DNA of 63,718 bases, filler included, from Alphaproteobacteria bacterium (GCA_024280495.1; 5 parts of 5 records of this genome joined end to end with filler, not necessarily neighbours in it), one strand, 5' to 3'; counted from the whole stretch's first letter, positions 19,804 to 30,473 are shown. The notes: generated by a model not told the origin, from the letters alone. A program made the numbers and translations.

Positions 19804-22230
19804 ATGCGCACTTCTACAGTCATTCCAGAAACATCCCAGACGTCGTCAATCACTCCCGCACCTATAAGTTATAGGCGTTGGTCCCTAGCTCCTAGACTGG
19901 AACCTTTTTGGAAAGACTATATACAAATTCTTTTGACCCTTTTCATCCTTATCTCACGTTCTTATGGTGACGCCCAAGTTCTCTTGGATACGAAAGAAAT
20001 AAATTTGGAACAACTCGATGCAACTGGCATTACGGACCCATATCCTCCAAAATCTAATTCCTTTCGGGAAAAGAATGTTCGTACTTTTTTAGATGCAGAT
20101 CATCTCAATTATAACAAAAAACAAAAAATAATAACGGCATTTGGCAATGTACGTGTATCTAGAGGTGACATAACTTTATTGGCCGACAAAGTCATCTATA
20201 ATCAAAGGGTAGATAAAATAAATGCCCACGGGAATGTGCGTATTTTAGATTCTCAAAAAAACATTCTTTTTGCCCAAGAATTTGAAATTGATGGTGATAT
20301 GAAAAAAGGATTTACCAATACTGTACAAGGTATTTTGGCCGACAATTCTGTATTCGCTGCCAATGGTATTCAACGAAATTCAGAATCTGAAAGTCAATTT
20401 AATCAAGTAACTTATACCCCTTGTTCACTATGTCGATCTGATCCCTCGAAACATCCCACTTGGGCCATTCAATCACGTCATATGCTCATCAACCATGAAG
20501 AAGGTGATATTGAACATACTGATTCTTTTTTGCAAATCAATGGCACACGAGTTTTATATATCCCGTATCTTTCCCATCCTGGCCCCCATGTTAAAAGGCG
20601 ATCTGGATTTTTATCACCTTTTTTTGGCGGGTCTGAAAACCTTGGCGCTATCCTAGGTTTTTCTTATTATTGGGCCATTAATAATCAGAGCGATGTCACA
20701 TTCACGCCTATTTATACCCGTGAAAACCCTTTATTAGTCACTACTTATCGACATGCTTTTTGTAATGGCGCCATTGAAATTGAAACAAGCATTACCAAGG
20801 GAAAGTTCAAAAGTGGACCCGCAGAAAGTGAGAGAAATCGAAACCGTCTGCGCGGACACATTAAAACATCGGGGCGTCTTTCCGTTCCAGTTTCTTTCTT
20901 CGATGGGTCCTATTTTGGTTTTAATATCCACCGTACTTTAGACGGTACTTACCTCAAACGTTACACCATGTTGGGTTATGCCAAAGAAAGCTACCTTACG
21001 TCCAGGCTTTATTATGAAGGATTTAGAGATCGCAGTTATTTCCTCGCAGAAGGTTTTTCTTTTCAAGGTTTACAGCAAGATGATCGTAATAAACGTATTC
21101 CTTTTATTGCACCCAGCATAGAATATCACTATCTTTCAAAACCTATGGCTTATCAATTCACACCTTATGTAGATACATCTATTTTAAATATCCAAAGGCG
21201 CCAAGGACAAAACACCAAGCGTTTTTCCACAACTTTTGGTATCAAGCGTCAATGGATTAGTAATTTTGGGACAGTTTCTGATATAGGGGCAGAAGCTAAA
21301 ATTGATGCCTATGGAGTTTCGGCTTCTCGTAACCCCAAAACAAATGGGAACAATGCACGTATAACCCCACGCCTTTTTGCCCATATAAAATACCCTCTCT
21401 ATCAAGTGACTTCTTATGGCCGTTTTGTTCTAGAACCTATTGTTGGCATCGTTATCACTTCTAATAATCGCAATACAAATCGCTTTCCCGATGAAGACTC
21501 TTTCATTGAAATGAGTGATGCGAATATTTTCGATGCTGATCGATTTTCAGGGCTGGATATCGTCGATCAATGGTCCAGGGTCAATTATGGTGCAAAGCTT
21601 TCCTTTTATTCTAAATCCCTTGGGAACTCAGAACTTTTCCTTGGCCAATCCATTGCCTTAACGTCAGTGAATCCTCTGGTAAATCACAACCTCGAAGTTG
21701 CTGGTGTGCGCCCAGGTACCTCTGATTTTGTGGTGCGAGCTCATTATACTTATAAAGACTGGGTTCACTTTGCCTCCCGCATGGTTTTGAATAGAGATAG
21801 AATTTCCGCCAAACGAAATGAAACTCAACTCTCCATCGGTCAAAAACAATTACGCTTTAAGATTGGGTATGTCCGCATCCCAAAACCTATCCTTATTACT
21901 CCCGCATTATCAAGCTTTTCAAGGCTCAGTAGCCTTAAAAGCATAGAGCAAATCAAGTATGGAGTTTCAACACAACTGAACAAAACATGGCGTTTATCTT
22001 TTCATGCAGCAAGAGAGTTAGGCAGTGGTGGTGGGGCTCTCTCCCACGGTGCGACATTAACCTACAGCGATGATTGTTTTGATTTTTCAACGACTCTCAC
22101 AAAAACATTTTATCAAGATCGAGACTTTAAACCAGGTTTAACAACCATGTTCCGTATTTCCTTTAAAAACCTTGGTGAGGTGAGCATCAGCGGCGATCGC
22201 CTCGGGTTGGGTAAATCTTTAAAAGAATAA
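19804..22230 (+). CDS. lptD: LPS-assembly outer membrane protein LptD, with in-frame repeat insertion at N-terminus
   Basis: AFGNV, YTPCSLC, RRSGFL, DADRFSGLD, YSDDCF; follows lptFG; ATG 19804 lies 7 nt after the lptG stop. Confidence 0.92.
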   Translation: MRTSTVIPETSQTSSITPAPISYRRWSLAPRLEPFWKDYIQILLTLFILISRSYGDAQVLLDTKEINLEQLDATGITDPYPPKSNSFREKNVRTFLDADHLNYNKKQKIITAFGNVRVSRGDITLLADKVIYNQRVDKINAHGNVRILDSQKNILFAQEFEIDGDMKKGFTNTVQGILADNSVFAANGIQRNSESESQFNQVTYTPCSLCRSDPSKHPTWAIQSRHMLINHEEGDIEHTDSFLQINGTRVLYIPYLSHPGPHVKRRSGFLSPFFGGSENLGAILGFSYYWAINNQSDVTFTPIYTRENPLLVTTYRHAFCNGAIEIETSITKGKFKSGPAESERNRNRLRGHIKTSGRLSVPVSFFDGSYFGFNIHRTLDGTYLKRYTMLGYAKESYLTSRLYYEGFRDRSYFLAEGFSFQGLQQDDRNKRIPFIAPSIEYHYLSKPMAYQFTPYVDTSILNIQRRQGQNTKRFSTTFGIKRQWISNFGTVSDIGAEAKIDAYGVSASRNPKTNGNNARITPRLFAHIKYPLYQVTSYGRFVLEPIVGIVITSNNRNTNRFPDEDSFIEMSDANIFDADRFSGLDIVDQWSRVNYGAKLSFYSKSLGNSELFLGQSIALTSVNPLVNHNLEVAGVRPGTSDFVVRAHYTYKDWVHFASRMVLNRDRISAKRNETQLSIGQKQLRFKIGYVRIPKPILITPALSSFSRLSSLKSIEQIKYGVSTQLNKTWRLSFHAARELGSGGGALSHGATLTYSDDCFDFSTTLTKTFYQDRDFKPGLTTMFRISFKNLGEVSISGDRLGLGKSLKE
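19815..19921 (+). mobile_element. ~107-bp palindromic miniature element, copy 3, inside the lptD reading frame
   Basis: TACAGTCATTCCAGAAACATCCCAGACGTCGTCAATCACTCCCGCACCTATAAGTTATAGGCGTTGG...TTTTTGGAAAGACTATA; nearly identical to copy 4. Confidence 0.93.
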
Positions 22231-22326
22231 GAAGGCACTGTTTTTTTTGAAAAATGGAGAGCTCTTCCTATTTTGGCTCTAATAGGGTATTAAGTAATAA
22301 GTTTCTGTAGTTTAATTTTTTTAAAA

Positions 22327-25023
22327 ATGGCCCCCATGCTCGATAAAATTTACACCCCACAAGACATTGAATCCAAACTCTATAATGCCTGGGAAAAATC
22401 TGGTGCTTTTGAAGCCTCAACTCATCCTCACACGGATCCCAAAAAGAATTTCTGCATTATGATGCCCCCACCAAATGTGACGGGAAACCTTCATATGGGA
22501 CATGCATTGAATTATACCCTTCAGGATATTTTGGTTCGATATCATCGCATGCGTGGCTTTACAACATTGTGGCAACCAGGAACGGACCATGCAGGCATTG
22601 CAACTCAAATGATCGTAGAGCGCCAAATCGCAGCAGAAGGTAAAACCACAAGACTCGAAATGGGTCGTGAAAAATTTCTTGAGCGGGTTTGGGCTTGGAA
22701 AGAAGAGTCTGGTGGTGCCATTGTAAATCAACAAAGACGTCTTGGTGTGACCCCAGATTGGAAACGTCAGCGCTTTACCATGGATAAGGGATTAAGCACT
22801 TCTGTGCGTAAGATTTTCGTAGAAATGCATAAAGACGGTCTTATTTATCGCAATAAGCGCCTTGTGAATTGGGATCCTAAATTATTAACGGCCGTATCTG
22901 ACCTCGAAGTTGATAATATCGATAAATCAGGCAACCTTTGGTATATAAAATATGATCTTGAGGGCACTCCTGGTCAAAAAAATACTAAAACAATTACCGT
23001 TGCTACAACGCGCCCCGAAACTCTTTTTGGTGATACGGGTATTGCTGTGCATCCCGAAGATGATCGCTATAAAGATCTTATTGGTAAGCGCGCCCTTGTC
23101 CCTTTCTTAAATCGCTCCATTCCCATTGTAGCCGACGAACATTCAGATCCTGAAAAAGGAACAGGAGCCGTTAAAATCACTCCAGCCCATGATTTTAATG
23201 ACTTTGAAGTTGGGAGTCGTCATAACCTCGAGCAAATCACCATTCTTGATGAGACGGCCCATTTACTTGCCGAATGTGTTCCTCAGGATTATGCGGGCCT
23301 TGACTGTTTTGCGGCACGTAAAAAAATTGTGAGTGACCTTGAAAGTGCGAGGAGAATTGAAAAAGTTGAGAAAACCATCCATGCCGTACCCCACGGTGAA
23401 CGATCTGGAGTTATTCTTGAGCCTCGCCTGACGGATCAATGGTTTTTGCATGCGGATAGATTGGCAAAAGAAGCCCTTGATGCAGCCCATGATGGCAGAA
23501 CAAAAATAATGCCTGAAAGCGGTTTAAATACATACAATCACTGGATGAAAAATATTCAGCCCTGGTGTATTTCCAGGCAATTATGGTGGGGTCATCAAAT
23601 CCCTGCTTGGTACGGTCCAGATGGTGAAATTTTTGTGGCTGAAACCGAGAGCGAAGCCTTGGATCAAGCTAAATCTCATTATAAAAAAGATGTTGATTTA
23701 CGTCAAGAAACCGACGTTCTCGATACGTGGTTTTCATCTGCTCTCTGGCCTTTTTCAACTTTGGGGTGGCCTAAAAACACCGAAGACCTTAAGAAATTTT
23801 ACCCAACCGCTTGCTTGATCACTGCTGGCGATATTCTTTTTTTCTGGGTGGCGCGCATGATGATGGTAGGACTTTATGTTTTCAAAGACGTTCCTTTCAA
23901 GGATGTTTTTCTTCATTCCTTAGTTCGTGATTCCAAAGGCCAAAAAATGTCTAAAACCAAAGGAAACGTCATCAATCCTTTGGACGTCATGGATAAATAT
24001 GGTGCCGATGCCTTGCGCTATACCATGGCTTCTTTTTCAGCACCAGGTCGGGATATTAAATATGCCGATTCCCTAGTGGAAACCAATCGAAATTTTGCAA
24101 CCAAATTATGGAATGCAGCTCGCTTTCTTGATGCCAATGGCGTCACTTTTATCCATGATTTTGATCCTAAAAAAGTAACCCTTGATATTAATAAATGGAT
24201 TATTTCAGAATTTATTGATTGCCTCGAAAAAGTAGAAGATGCCGTTGCTCGCTATCGTTTTAATGATATGTCTTCGGTTATTTACCATTTTGCTTGGGGG
24301 GCTTTTTGCGATTGGTATATTGAATTTTCAAAACCAATTTTGTTCGAGGGATCTCCAGAAGATCAACAAGAAACAAAAGAAACTCTTGGTTGGGTATTGG
24401 GACAAATCCTTCACATACTGAACCCTATAATGCCCTTTATCACCGAAGAACTCTGGCAGAACCTTGCCCCTAAAAAAGGGCAACTTATTACGTCTGCCTG
24501 GCCTCTTTTAGATGATGATTCTGCTAAAACTTCTTTAAAAGACCCTGTCTCACAAGACCGTTTAAACTGGGTTATTGATCTTGTGACAACCATTCGCTCT
24601 ACTCGAAATGATGTGAACGTGCCTGCTGGCGCAAAAATACCAGCAATATTAGTCCTTGAATCACAAGACCTTAAAGACGCTGCCCATGATCTTGGGGCAC
24701 TTATTTGCAGGCTTGCACGCCTTGACTCTCTCACCCTTCAAGATAATGCGCCACAGGGTACTGGTATTGTACAAGCAGTTCTAAAAGACACCACCGCTTA
24801 CCTTGCCATCTCAAATGTTATTGATATTGATGCTGAAAAGGCTCGATTATTAAAAAATCTCCAGAGAACTGAAAAGGAAATCAATATTTTAGAGAAGAAA
24901 CTGTCAAATAAAAAATTTACAGATAAGGCTCCAGTTGAAATAATCGCTACAAATAAAAAAAGGCTAGAGGAAGAAGAATCAATAAAAAGCAAAATAAATA
25001 TAGCAATAAAACGTTTAACATAA
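22327..25023 (+). CDS. valS: Valyl-tRNA synthetase
   Basis: PPPNVTGNLHMGH, DHAGIATQ, WCISRQLWWGH, KMSKT. Confidence 0.98.
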   Translation: MAPMLDKIYTPQDIESKLYNAWEKSGAFEASTHPHTDPKKNFCIMMPPPNVTGNLHMGHALNYTLQDILVRYHRMRGFTTLWQPGTDHAGIATQMIVERQIAAEGKTTRLEMGREKFLERVWAWKEESGGAIVNQQRRLGVTPDWKRQRFTMDKGLSTSVRKIFVEMHKDGLIYRNKRLVNWDPKLLTAVSDLEVDNIDKSGNLWYIKYDLEGTPGQKNTKTITVATTRPETLFGDTGIAVHPEDDRYKDLIGKRALVPFLNRSIPIVADEHSDPEKGTGAVKITPAHDFNDFEVGSRHNLEQITILDETAHLLAECVPQDYAGLDCFAARKKIVSDLESARRIEKVEKTIHAVPHGERSGVILEPRLTDQWFLHADRLAKEALDAAHDGRTKIMPESGLNTYNHWMKNIQPWCISRQLWWGHQIPAWYGPDGEIFVAETESEALDQAKSHYKKDVDLRQETDVLDTWFSSALWPFSTLGWPKNTEDLKKFYPTACLITAGDILFFWVARMMMVGLYVFKDVPFKDVFLHSLVRDSKGQKMSKTKGNVINPLDVMDKYGADALRYTMASFSAPGRDIKYADSLVETNRNFATKLWNAARFLDANGVTFIHDFDPKKVTLDINKWIISEFIDCLEKVEDAVARYRFNDMSSVIYHFAWGAFCDWYIEFSKPILFEGSPEDQQETKETLGWVLGQILHILNPIMPFITEELWQNLAPKKGQLITSAWPLLDDDSAKTSLKDPVSQDRLNWVIDLVTTIRSTRNDVNVPAGAKIPAILVLESQDLKDAAHDLGALICRLARLDSLTLQDNAPQGTGIVQAVLKDTTAYLAISNVIDIDAEKARLLKNLQRTEKEINILEKKLSNKKFTDKAPVEIIATNKKRLEEEESIKSKINIAIKRLT

Positions 25024-25159
25024 AAGAGGTTAAGGATAGTTAACTCCTCAAAAAACTTGACCTCTTGATCTATTTTGCTATAGATAATACAGTTGTTCTT
25101 AAATAATTTAAAAATAACCGCAGTAATAAAAGAAACAATAAAATGAGTGTAGGTTTTAA

Positions 25160-25816
25160 ATGGCAGAAGTAATTATCAATGGTCCCGAAGGTCGCATCGA
25201 AGCAAAATATCACCATGCCAAGACAAACGCGCCCGTGGCAGTGATTCTGCACCCTCACCCCGAAGAGGGCGGCACCATGAATGATAAAATCACCTATGCT
25301 CTTTATCGTACTTTTATTCAAAATGGTTATAACACATTGCGTTTTAATTTCCGAGGTGTTGGAAAGTCCGAAGGGGTTTTTGACGAAGGTGAAGGAGAAC
25401 TCAGTGATGCAGCAGCCGTTCTTGATTGGGTTCAAGCCCACAACCCCAATGCCCCTAAGTCCTGGGTTGGTGGTTATTCTTTTGGTGCTTGGATTGCAAT
25501 GCAACTCTTGATGCGTCGCCCAGAATTAGATGGATTTGTGGCTGTGAATCCTCCATCCCACAATAAAGATTTCACTTTTCTAGCTCCGTGCCCTGTTTCA
25601 GGTATTTTCATACAATCAAATGATGATGAAATTGGTGATCCTGAAACTGTAACGAAACTGGCCAAAACTCTAACGGCTCAGCGCAATATCTATATTACAG
25701 AAAAACGAATCATTGGGGCGGATTATAAATTTACTGACAAGATGAAACCATTAATGGACGCCACTCAAAAATATCTTAAATCAGGTCATCAAGAAGCTCT
25801 GTTAAAGAGCGCTTAA
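25160..25816 (+). CDS. Conserved alpha/beta hydrolase
   Basis: GPEGRIE, LHPHP..GGTM, RFNFRGVG.S.G, GYSFG. Confidence 0.9.
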   Translation: MAEVIINGPEGRIEAKYHHAKTNAPVAVILHPHPEEGGTMNDKITYALYRTFIQNGYNTLRFNFRGVGKSEGVFDEGEGELSDAAAVLDWVQAHNPNAPKSWVGGYSFGAWIAMQLLMRRPELDGFVAVNPPSHNKDFTFLAPCPVSGIFIQSNDDEIGDPETVTKLAKTLTAQRNIYITEKRIIGADYKFTDKMKPLMDATQKYLKSGHQEALLKSA

Positions 25817-25877
25817 CTCATCTTTATACACAGAGTTAGAACCATTAAACTTTCAATTTTCGATGACCACTGAGACG

Positions 25878-26690
25878 TTATAATAAGTCCCGTGGGTCAA
25901 AATTCATGCGAATTTCTTTCCATATTTTATATTTGTTGGGAGGGAGTTTTAACGGTTTAAATTTAAATTCATTCACAGCCCTCAAAGCACTTTCCGCTAA
26001 CAAACGATATCCTGGGTCTGAGCTTAATGAAGAGTTCAAAAGGCTCGCACTGCGCACGGTACGATTTGGATTCATTATAATTCTAATGGAAATAGAACGC
26101 TGATGGGCCCCTTGTGCCCCTGCAGGCAAACGCCAAACAGATTCAATTTGTTTGCGTACTATGTCCAACTCACTTACGGCTAAATGATCGCTTTGTATTC
26201 CGCCTTTCCCCCCATTTGTCGCAGTATTTTTTGTCAGGTTTTTTAAGAGCGCATCAAAATCCCGGGGTTTCTTTTTAATTTTTTTTTGAGGTTTTTTCTG
26301 AGGTTTTACAGTTAGCGGTGGCTTGGGCTTGGATTTTGGTAATTCAGTCATTTTAAGGGGAAGCGTTAGCTCTTCCACTTTTTTTTCTTGAGGCGGTTCT
26401 TTTAGATCTATTGGTTCAGGGAGAGTTTCCGTGACTTTTTTTTCAAAAATAGGATCAGTTTTTATTTTTTTTGGGGAAGACCTTTTTTTTTCTTTTACGG
26501 GAGGAGTTGGATCAGTGGACTGAGAAATATTATCGATTTCCACAACTAACTCTACGGGCAATGGTTGAGTTATATCAACAACATCAGTTTGATAATTTAG
26601 GAAACCAAAAACAGCAGATGCCAATACAATAACATGAAGACTCACCGATAAAATTGCAGAGCGTCTGAATATGTTTTGCGATGCATCCAT
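25878..26690 (-). CDS. tolA: TolA/TonB-like protein
   Basis: TM segment with SVSLH, Pro/Lys-rich linker, C-terminal AESALRAV...FDP; follows tolQR. Confidence 0.8.
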   Translation of the reverse strand: MDASQNIFRRSAILSVSLHVIVLASAVFGFLNYQTDVVDITQPLPVELVVEIDNISQSTDPTPPVKEKKRSSPKKIKTDPIFEKKVTETLPEPIDLKEPPQEKKVEELTLPLKMTELPKSKPKPPLTVKPQKKPQKKIKKKPRDFDALLKNLTKNTATNGGKGGIQSDHLAVSELDIVRKQIESVWRLPAGAQGAHQRSISIRIIMNPNRTVRSASLLNSSLSSDPGYRLLAESALRAVNEFKFKPLKLPPNKYKIWKEIRMNFDPRDLL

Positions 26691-26692
26691 AT

Positions 26693-27136
26693 TTAAGTAG
26701 CCTTTTTAGGAAGCTCTGCCAACAACGCGACCTTATGAAATCCATTGCTATTCAAGAGACCCATAAGTGCCATCACTTTTCCGTAAGCAAGTCCTTGGTC
26801 ACCGCGTACATAAATTTTTGCACGGGGACGTGCCGCCATAATACCTTTGAGTTTTTCTGCCAAAGATCCCATATCAATTTTGGTATCTTGTAAATAAAGG
26901 TCGCCGTCACCATTCAATGAAAGGGTTACGGGATCCCCTTTATCTGGGAGGGATGCTGCTTTTGTTTTCGGTAAATCAATGGGTACCCCCACCGTTAACA
27001 TGGGTGCTGTGAGCATAAAAATAACCAATAAAACCAGCATGACATCAACAAAAGGGGTGACATTAATATCACTCATAGGTGCGCGTTTTGTGCGCCTCTT
27101 CCTTCTTAACGAGCTATTTTGAAAAACGGCTGCCAT
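26693..27136 (-). CDS. tolR: TolR
   Basis: [21 protein letters not shown]...YGKV. Confidence 0.93.
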   Translation of the reverse strand: MAAVFQNSSLRRKRRTKRAPMSDINVTPFVDVMLVLLVIFMLTAPMLTVGVPIDLPKTKAASLPDKGDPVTLSLNGDGDLYLQDTKIDMGSLAEKLKGIMAARPRAKIYVRGDQGLAYGKVMALMGLLNSNGFHKVALLAELPKKAT

Positions 27137-27921
27137 TACGCTATTTCCCTTTCCGATGCTTTTCTTGAAAGAATAGTCGAAAACTCATCGCAAAAGGCCT
27201 CAAGGCGACTATTATATTTATTGATATCAGAGGAAATTTTGTTATATCCCAAAACTGCAGGAATTGCGGCAATTAAGCCTATGGCCGTTGCAAATAGCGC
27301 CTCTGCAATACCAGGCGCCACGACGGCAAGGTTGGTGGACCCAGACAAGGCAATACCTTGAAAACTATTCATAATTCCCCATACCGTACCAAAAAGACCA
27401 ATGAATGGAGCCGTTGACCCAACGCTGGCCAAAAAAATCATATAACTCTCCAAGCGATCCATTTCACGAGACATAACCATGCCCATTAATCGCGCAACGC
27501 GGTCCTGAAGTGCGGGACCTTGACCAGAAGAAAGGGCCTTTGGGTTTCTCGTCCATTCGCCCATACCAACGGTTAAAAGAGTTTTGAGAGGGTGATTTTT
27601 TTCTTTTTTAATGATCATAGAAACGTCCGTTAATGATTTTCCTGACCAAAACACATCTTCAAAGGAAGTTGCTAACTTATTCAGAGAGCGCAACTGAGAT
27701 GTCTTTGCAAATATCAAGGCCCATGACCAAATAGAGGCGAGCAACAATGAAATCATAACACTTTGCACGACCCAATCAGCCCCCATGAAGAGGTCCAAAG
27801 CATTAACAGAAAAATTTTGAACGGATTCCCCTATATTTTGTTCTGTCACATGGGCCATAGTGGCAGCAGCATCATTTAAGGTTATCTCAGCAGATAAATT
27901 TTCAACGGTTGTCTTTGTCAT
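27136..27921 (-). CDS. tolQ: TolQ
   Basis: SIWSW, FEDVFWSG, PFIGLFGTVWGIM, VAPGIAEAL. Confidence 0.95.
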   Translation of the reverse strand: MTKTTVENLSAEITLNDAAATMAHVTEQNIGESVQNFSVNALDLFMGADWVVQSVMISLLLASIWSWALIFAKTSQLRSLNKLATSFEDVFWSGKSLTDVSMIIKKEKNHPLKTLLTVGMGEWTRNPKALSSGQGPALQDRVARLMGMVMSREMDRLESYMIFLASVGSTAPFIGLFGTVWGIMNSFQGIALSGSTNLAVVAPGIAEALFATAIGLIAAIPAVLGYNKISSDINKYNSRLEAFCDEFSTILSRKASEREIA

Positions 27922-28046
27922 GGTTTTTTTTCCAAGTGTAGGGGAAATCCCAAAATTTGATTTATATAAATTAGAATAAGTTTAGCAGAGGAAAATGAAA
28001 TTTGCGACTGGTATATAGCCATTTCGAAAAGCATTCAATGGTTTTT

Positions 28047-29231
28047 TTAACAATTTATTCCAGCTGAAAATCCTGAAGACCAGGCCCATTGGAAATTATA
28101 ACCGCCAAGCCAGCCCGTAACATCAACCACTTCCCCAATGAAGTGAAGGCCAGGTACTTTTTTGCAAACCATTGTTTTTGAGGACAGTTCATTAGTATCT
28201 ATGCCACCAACGGTCACCTCGGCCTTCTGATATCCTGCACTTCCTGCTATGTTTACCTTGAAATTATGAATAAATTCTGCAATTTCCAGCAAGTGTTCTT
28301 TTTTAAGGTCGGTAATGCTTTGATGATACTCAGGCGTTATTGAAATTTTTTCAACAAAACGGTTGGTGAGGTGATTCTTGAGATAATTTGTTGGTGTTTG
28401 CTTATTGTTTTTATGAAGGATAAATTCTTTAGCTAAGTCAATATCAGGAAGTAAATTTATGGAAATTTCCTTATCATCAAAACTTTCCAGGTAAGAAGAT
28501 ATTTGAAGAATCGCTGGTCCGCTCAAACCTTTATGAGTAAAAAGTATATTTTCACGAAATTTTGTTTTTTTATAAGTCACGAGAGAATCATTGGAAAGGC
28601 CACTGAGTGAGGAAAAAAAGGGCTTATCTTGTTCAGATACAAAAAGAGGCACTAGAGCAGGTCGAGGAGGGATAATATTCAATCCAAATTTTTCAGCAAC
28701 ACGGTAACCAAAGTCTGTGGCACCAATTTTAGGAATGGCTAAACCACCGCTCGCGATAATCAAAGAGTTACTTTTGTAAATAGTTGAGTCGGTATTTAAT
28801 TCAAAACACTCTTTTTTTGACACCTCAGTGATGTGACAATTTAACTTTATGTCAACATGATTTTTTTGACATAAATCTAGGAGCATTTGAATGATTTGTT
28901 TGGCTGAACCATCACAAAACAACTGCCCCAATTTTTTTTCGTGGTAGTTAATGTTATGTGACTCAATGAGTTTTATAAAGTCGTGTTGCGTGAAACCAGC
29001 GAGAGCAGATTTCATAAAATGGGGATTCTGAGAGATAAAATTTTGAGGGGAAGCGTATAAATTTGTAAAATTACATCGGCCACCACCAGAAATTCTTATC
29101 TTTTCACCAATTTTATCTGTGTGTTCAATGAGAAGAACTTTCAATCCCCTAGAACCAGCTTGAATGGCAGCCATAAGTCCCGCTGCACCTGCACCAATAA
29201 TAACCACATCATATTTACGGGTTGTTTTCAT
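28047..29231 (-). CDS. NAD(P)/FAD-dependent oxidoreductase, HI0933/YhiN family
   Basis: GAGAAG, ISGGGRCNFTN, FTHKGLSGP, GWLGGYNFQWAWSSG. Confidence 0.93.
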   Translation of the reverse strand: MKTTRKYDVVIIGAGAAGLMAAIQAGSRGLKVLLIEHTDKIGEKIRISGGGRCNFTNLYASPQNFISQNPHFMKSALAGFTQHDFIKLIESHNINYHEKKLGQLFCDGSAKQIIQMLLDLCQKNHVDIKLNCHITEVSKKECFELNTDSTIYKSNSLIIASGGLAIPKIGATDFGYRVAEKFGLNIIPPRPALVPLFVSEQDKPFFSSLSGLSNDSLVTYKKTKFRENILFTHKGLSGPAILQISSYLESFDDKEISINLLPDIDLAKEFILHKNNKQTPTNYLKNHLTNRFVEKISITPEYHQSITDLKKEHLLEIAEFIHNFKVNIAGSAGYQKAEVTVGGIDTNELSSKTMVCKKVPGLHFIGEVVDVTGWLGGYNFQWAWSSGFSAGINC

Positions 29232-29907
29232 TATGAACGACCAAACAAGCGTTCAATATCTTTTTTATTGAGTGTTACATAAGTTGGCCTGCCATGGTTA
29301 CACTGTCCTGAAAAAGGGGTGACTTCCATTTGCCGTAAAAGCTCATTCATTTCTTGAATGGACAATTTGCGTCCTGCACGGATACTACCGTGACAGGCCA
29401 TGGTCCCTAAAATATCATCAATGGATTGTTTGAGTTTATTTGACGTTCCCATTTCATCAAAGTCATCAACAATGTCTAAAATCAACTTTTTGATATCCAT
29501 TTGGCCCAACAACACGGGTACTTCGCGCACCACAATTGATGACCCCCCAAATTCTTCAATGACAAGACCTAATTTTTCGAGATCATCTCTATGGGAAAGA
29601 AGGTTTTGTGCTTGATATTCAGATAAATCAATGACTTCAGGAATCAAAAGTCCCTGACGTTTTATACCAGACTCAGCCATTTCTTTTTTGAATGTTTCAT
29701 AAACCAGACGCTCGTGAACCGCATGCTGATCTACGATAACAATGCCACCCTTGGATTCGGAAATTACATAAAGATCATGGAGTTGCGCCCTGGCGAGACC
29801 CAAAGGATAGGCTGAAAAGTCATCCTCTTGCGTCGCCATATCCAAAGCAATATCTTGTTCTTTGAATGCTTGTGAAATGGCAAAAGATCCCCCTTCAGAA
29901 AAACCAG
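29231..29907 (-). CDS. mutL: DNA mismatch repair protein MutL, C-terminal fragment
   Basis: Endonuclease motifs DQHAVHERLVYE, ACHGS, CNHGRP, FGR; 5' end cut by linker. Confidence 0.95.
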
Positions 29908-30007
29908 NNNNNNNNNNNNNNNNNNNNNNNNNNNNNNNNNNNNNNNNNNNNTTAATTAATTAANNNNNNNNNNNNNNNNNNNNNNNNNNNNNNNNNNNNN
30001 NNNNNNN
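29908..30007. other. Artificial contig linker
   Basis: 44 N + TTAATTAATTAA + 44 N. Confidence 0.98.
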
Positions 30008-30013
30008 CATTAC

Positions 30014-30221
30014 AGGGCAACCGCATGAAATTTCAAAATCAAAAAAATTAAAAATTCTTTTATTTTCAATGACTTAATATTTTACAGTTTTATACCATCA
30101 TGTAAATTTTCTATATTTTAAGTAATTTGGCTTCTTTCTTCCCTTGTTAAAGTCAGTTTGTTAAACTTTAAACTCTCACAAGTCATTGAAATAACAATAT
30201 AAAGTTTCATGCGGTTGCCCT
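30014..30221. mobile_element. 208-bp MITE-like element (second family)
   Basis: Perfect 17-bp terminal IR AGGGCAACCGCATGAAA (30014-30030) / TTTCATGCGGTTGCCCT (30205-30221); inner 12-bp IR at 30064-30075 / 30180-30191; AT-rich core. Confidence 0.7.
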
Positions 30222-30473
30222 CGTTATCATTATGCCCCTTACATGCCCAAACACATACCCAAACGCCAAAAAACCTCAAAAATCCAACTTGTTGCTTTAG
30301 CCTTGAAATTAAGTAAGGATAATTTTTTATAAAGCGTGTGCTTGTTCTCTCATGAAGTGGCGACTTGCAGATCAACATGTCCAATATCTCTTATTTTGGC
30401 TCTATGAAAAAACAATGATGTGCCCTATAAAAGGCTGTACTGTTTTGAAATTTCACTAAAAAGTCTTAAATTC

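Noticed and set aside
30118..30384. 88-aa minus-strand ORF
   Set aside because: Overlaps the MITE-like element, has no motif, and is likely spurious
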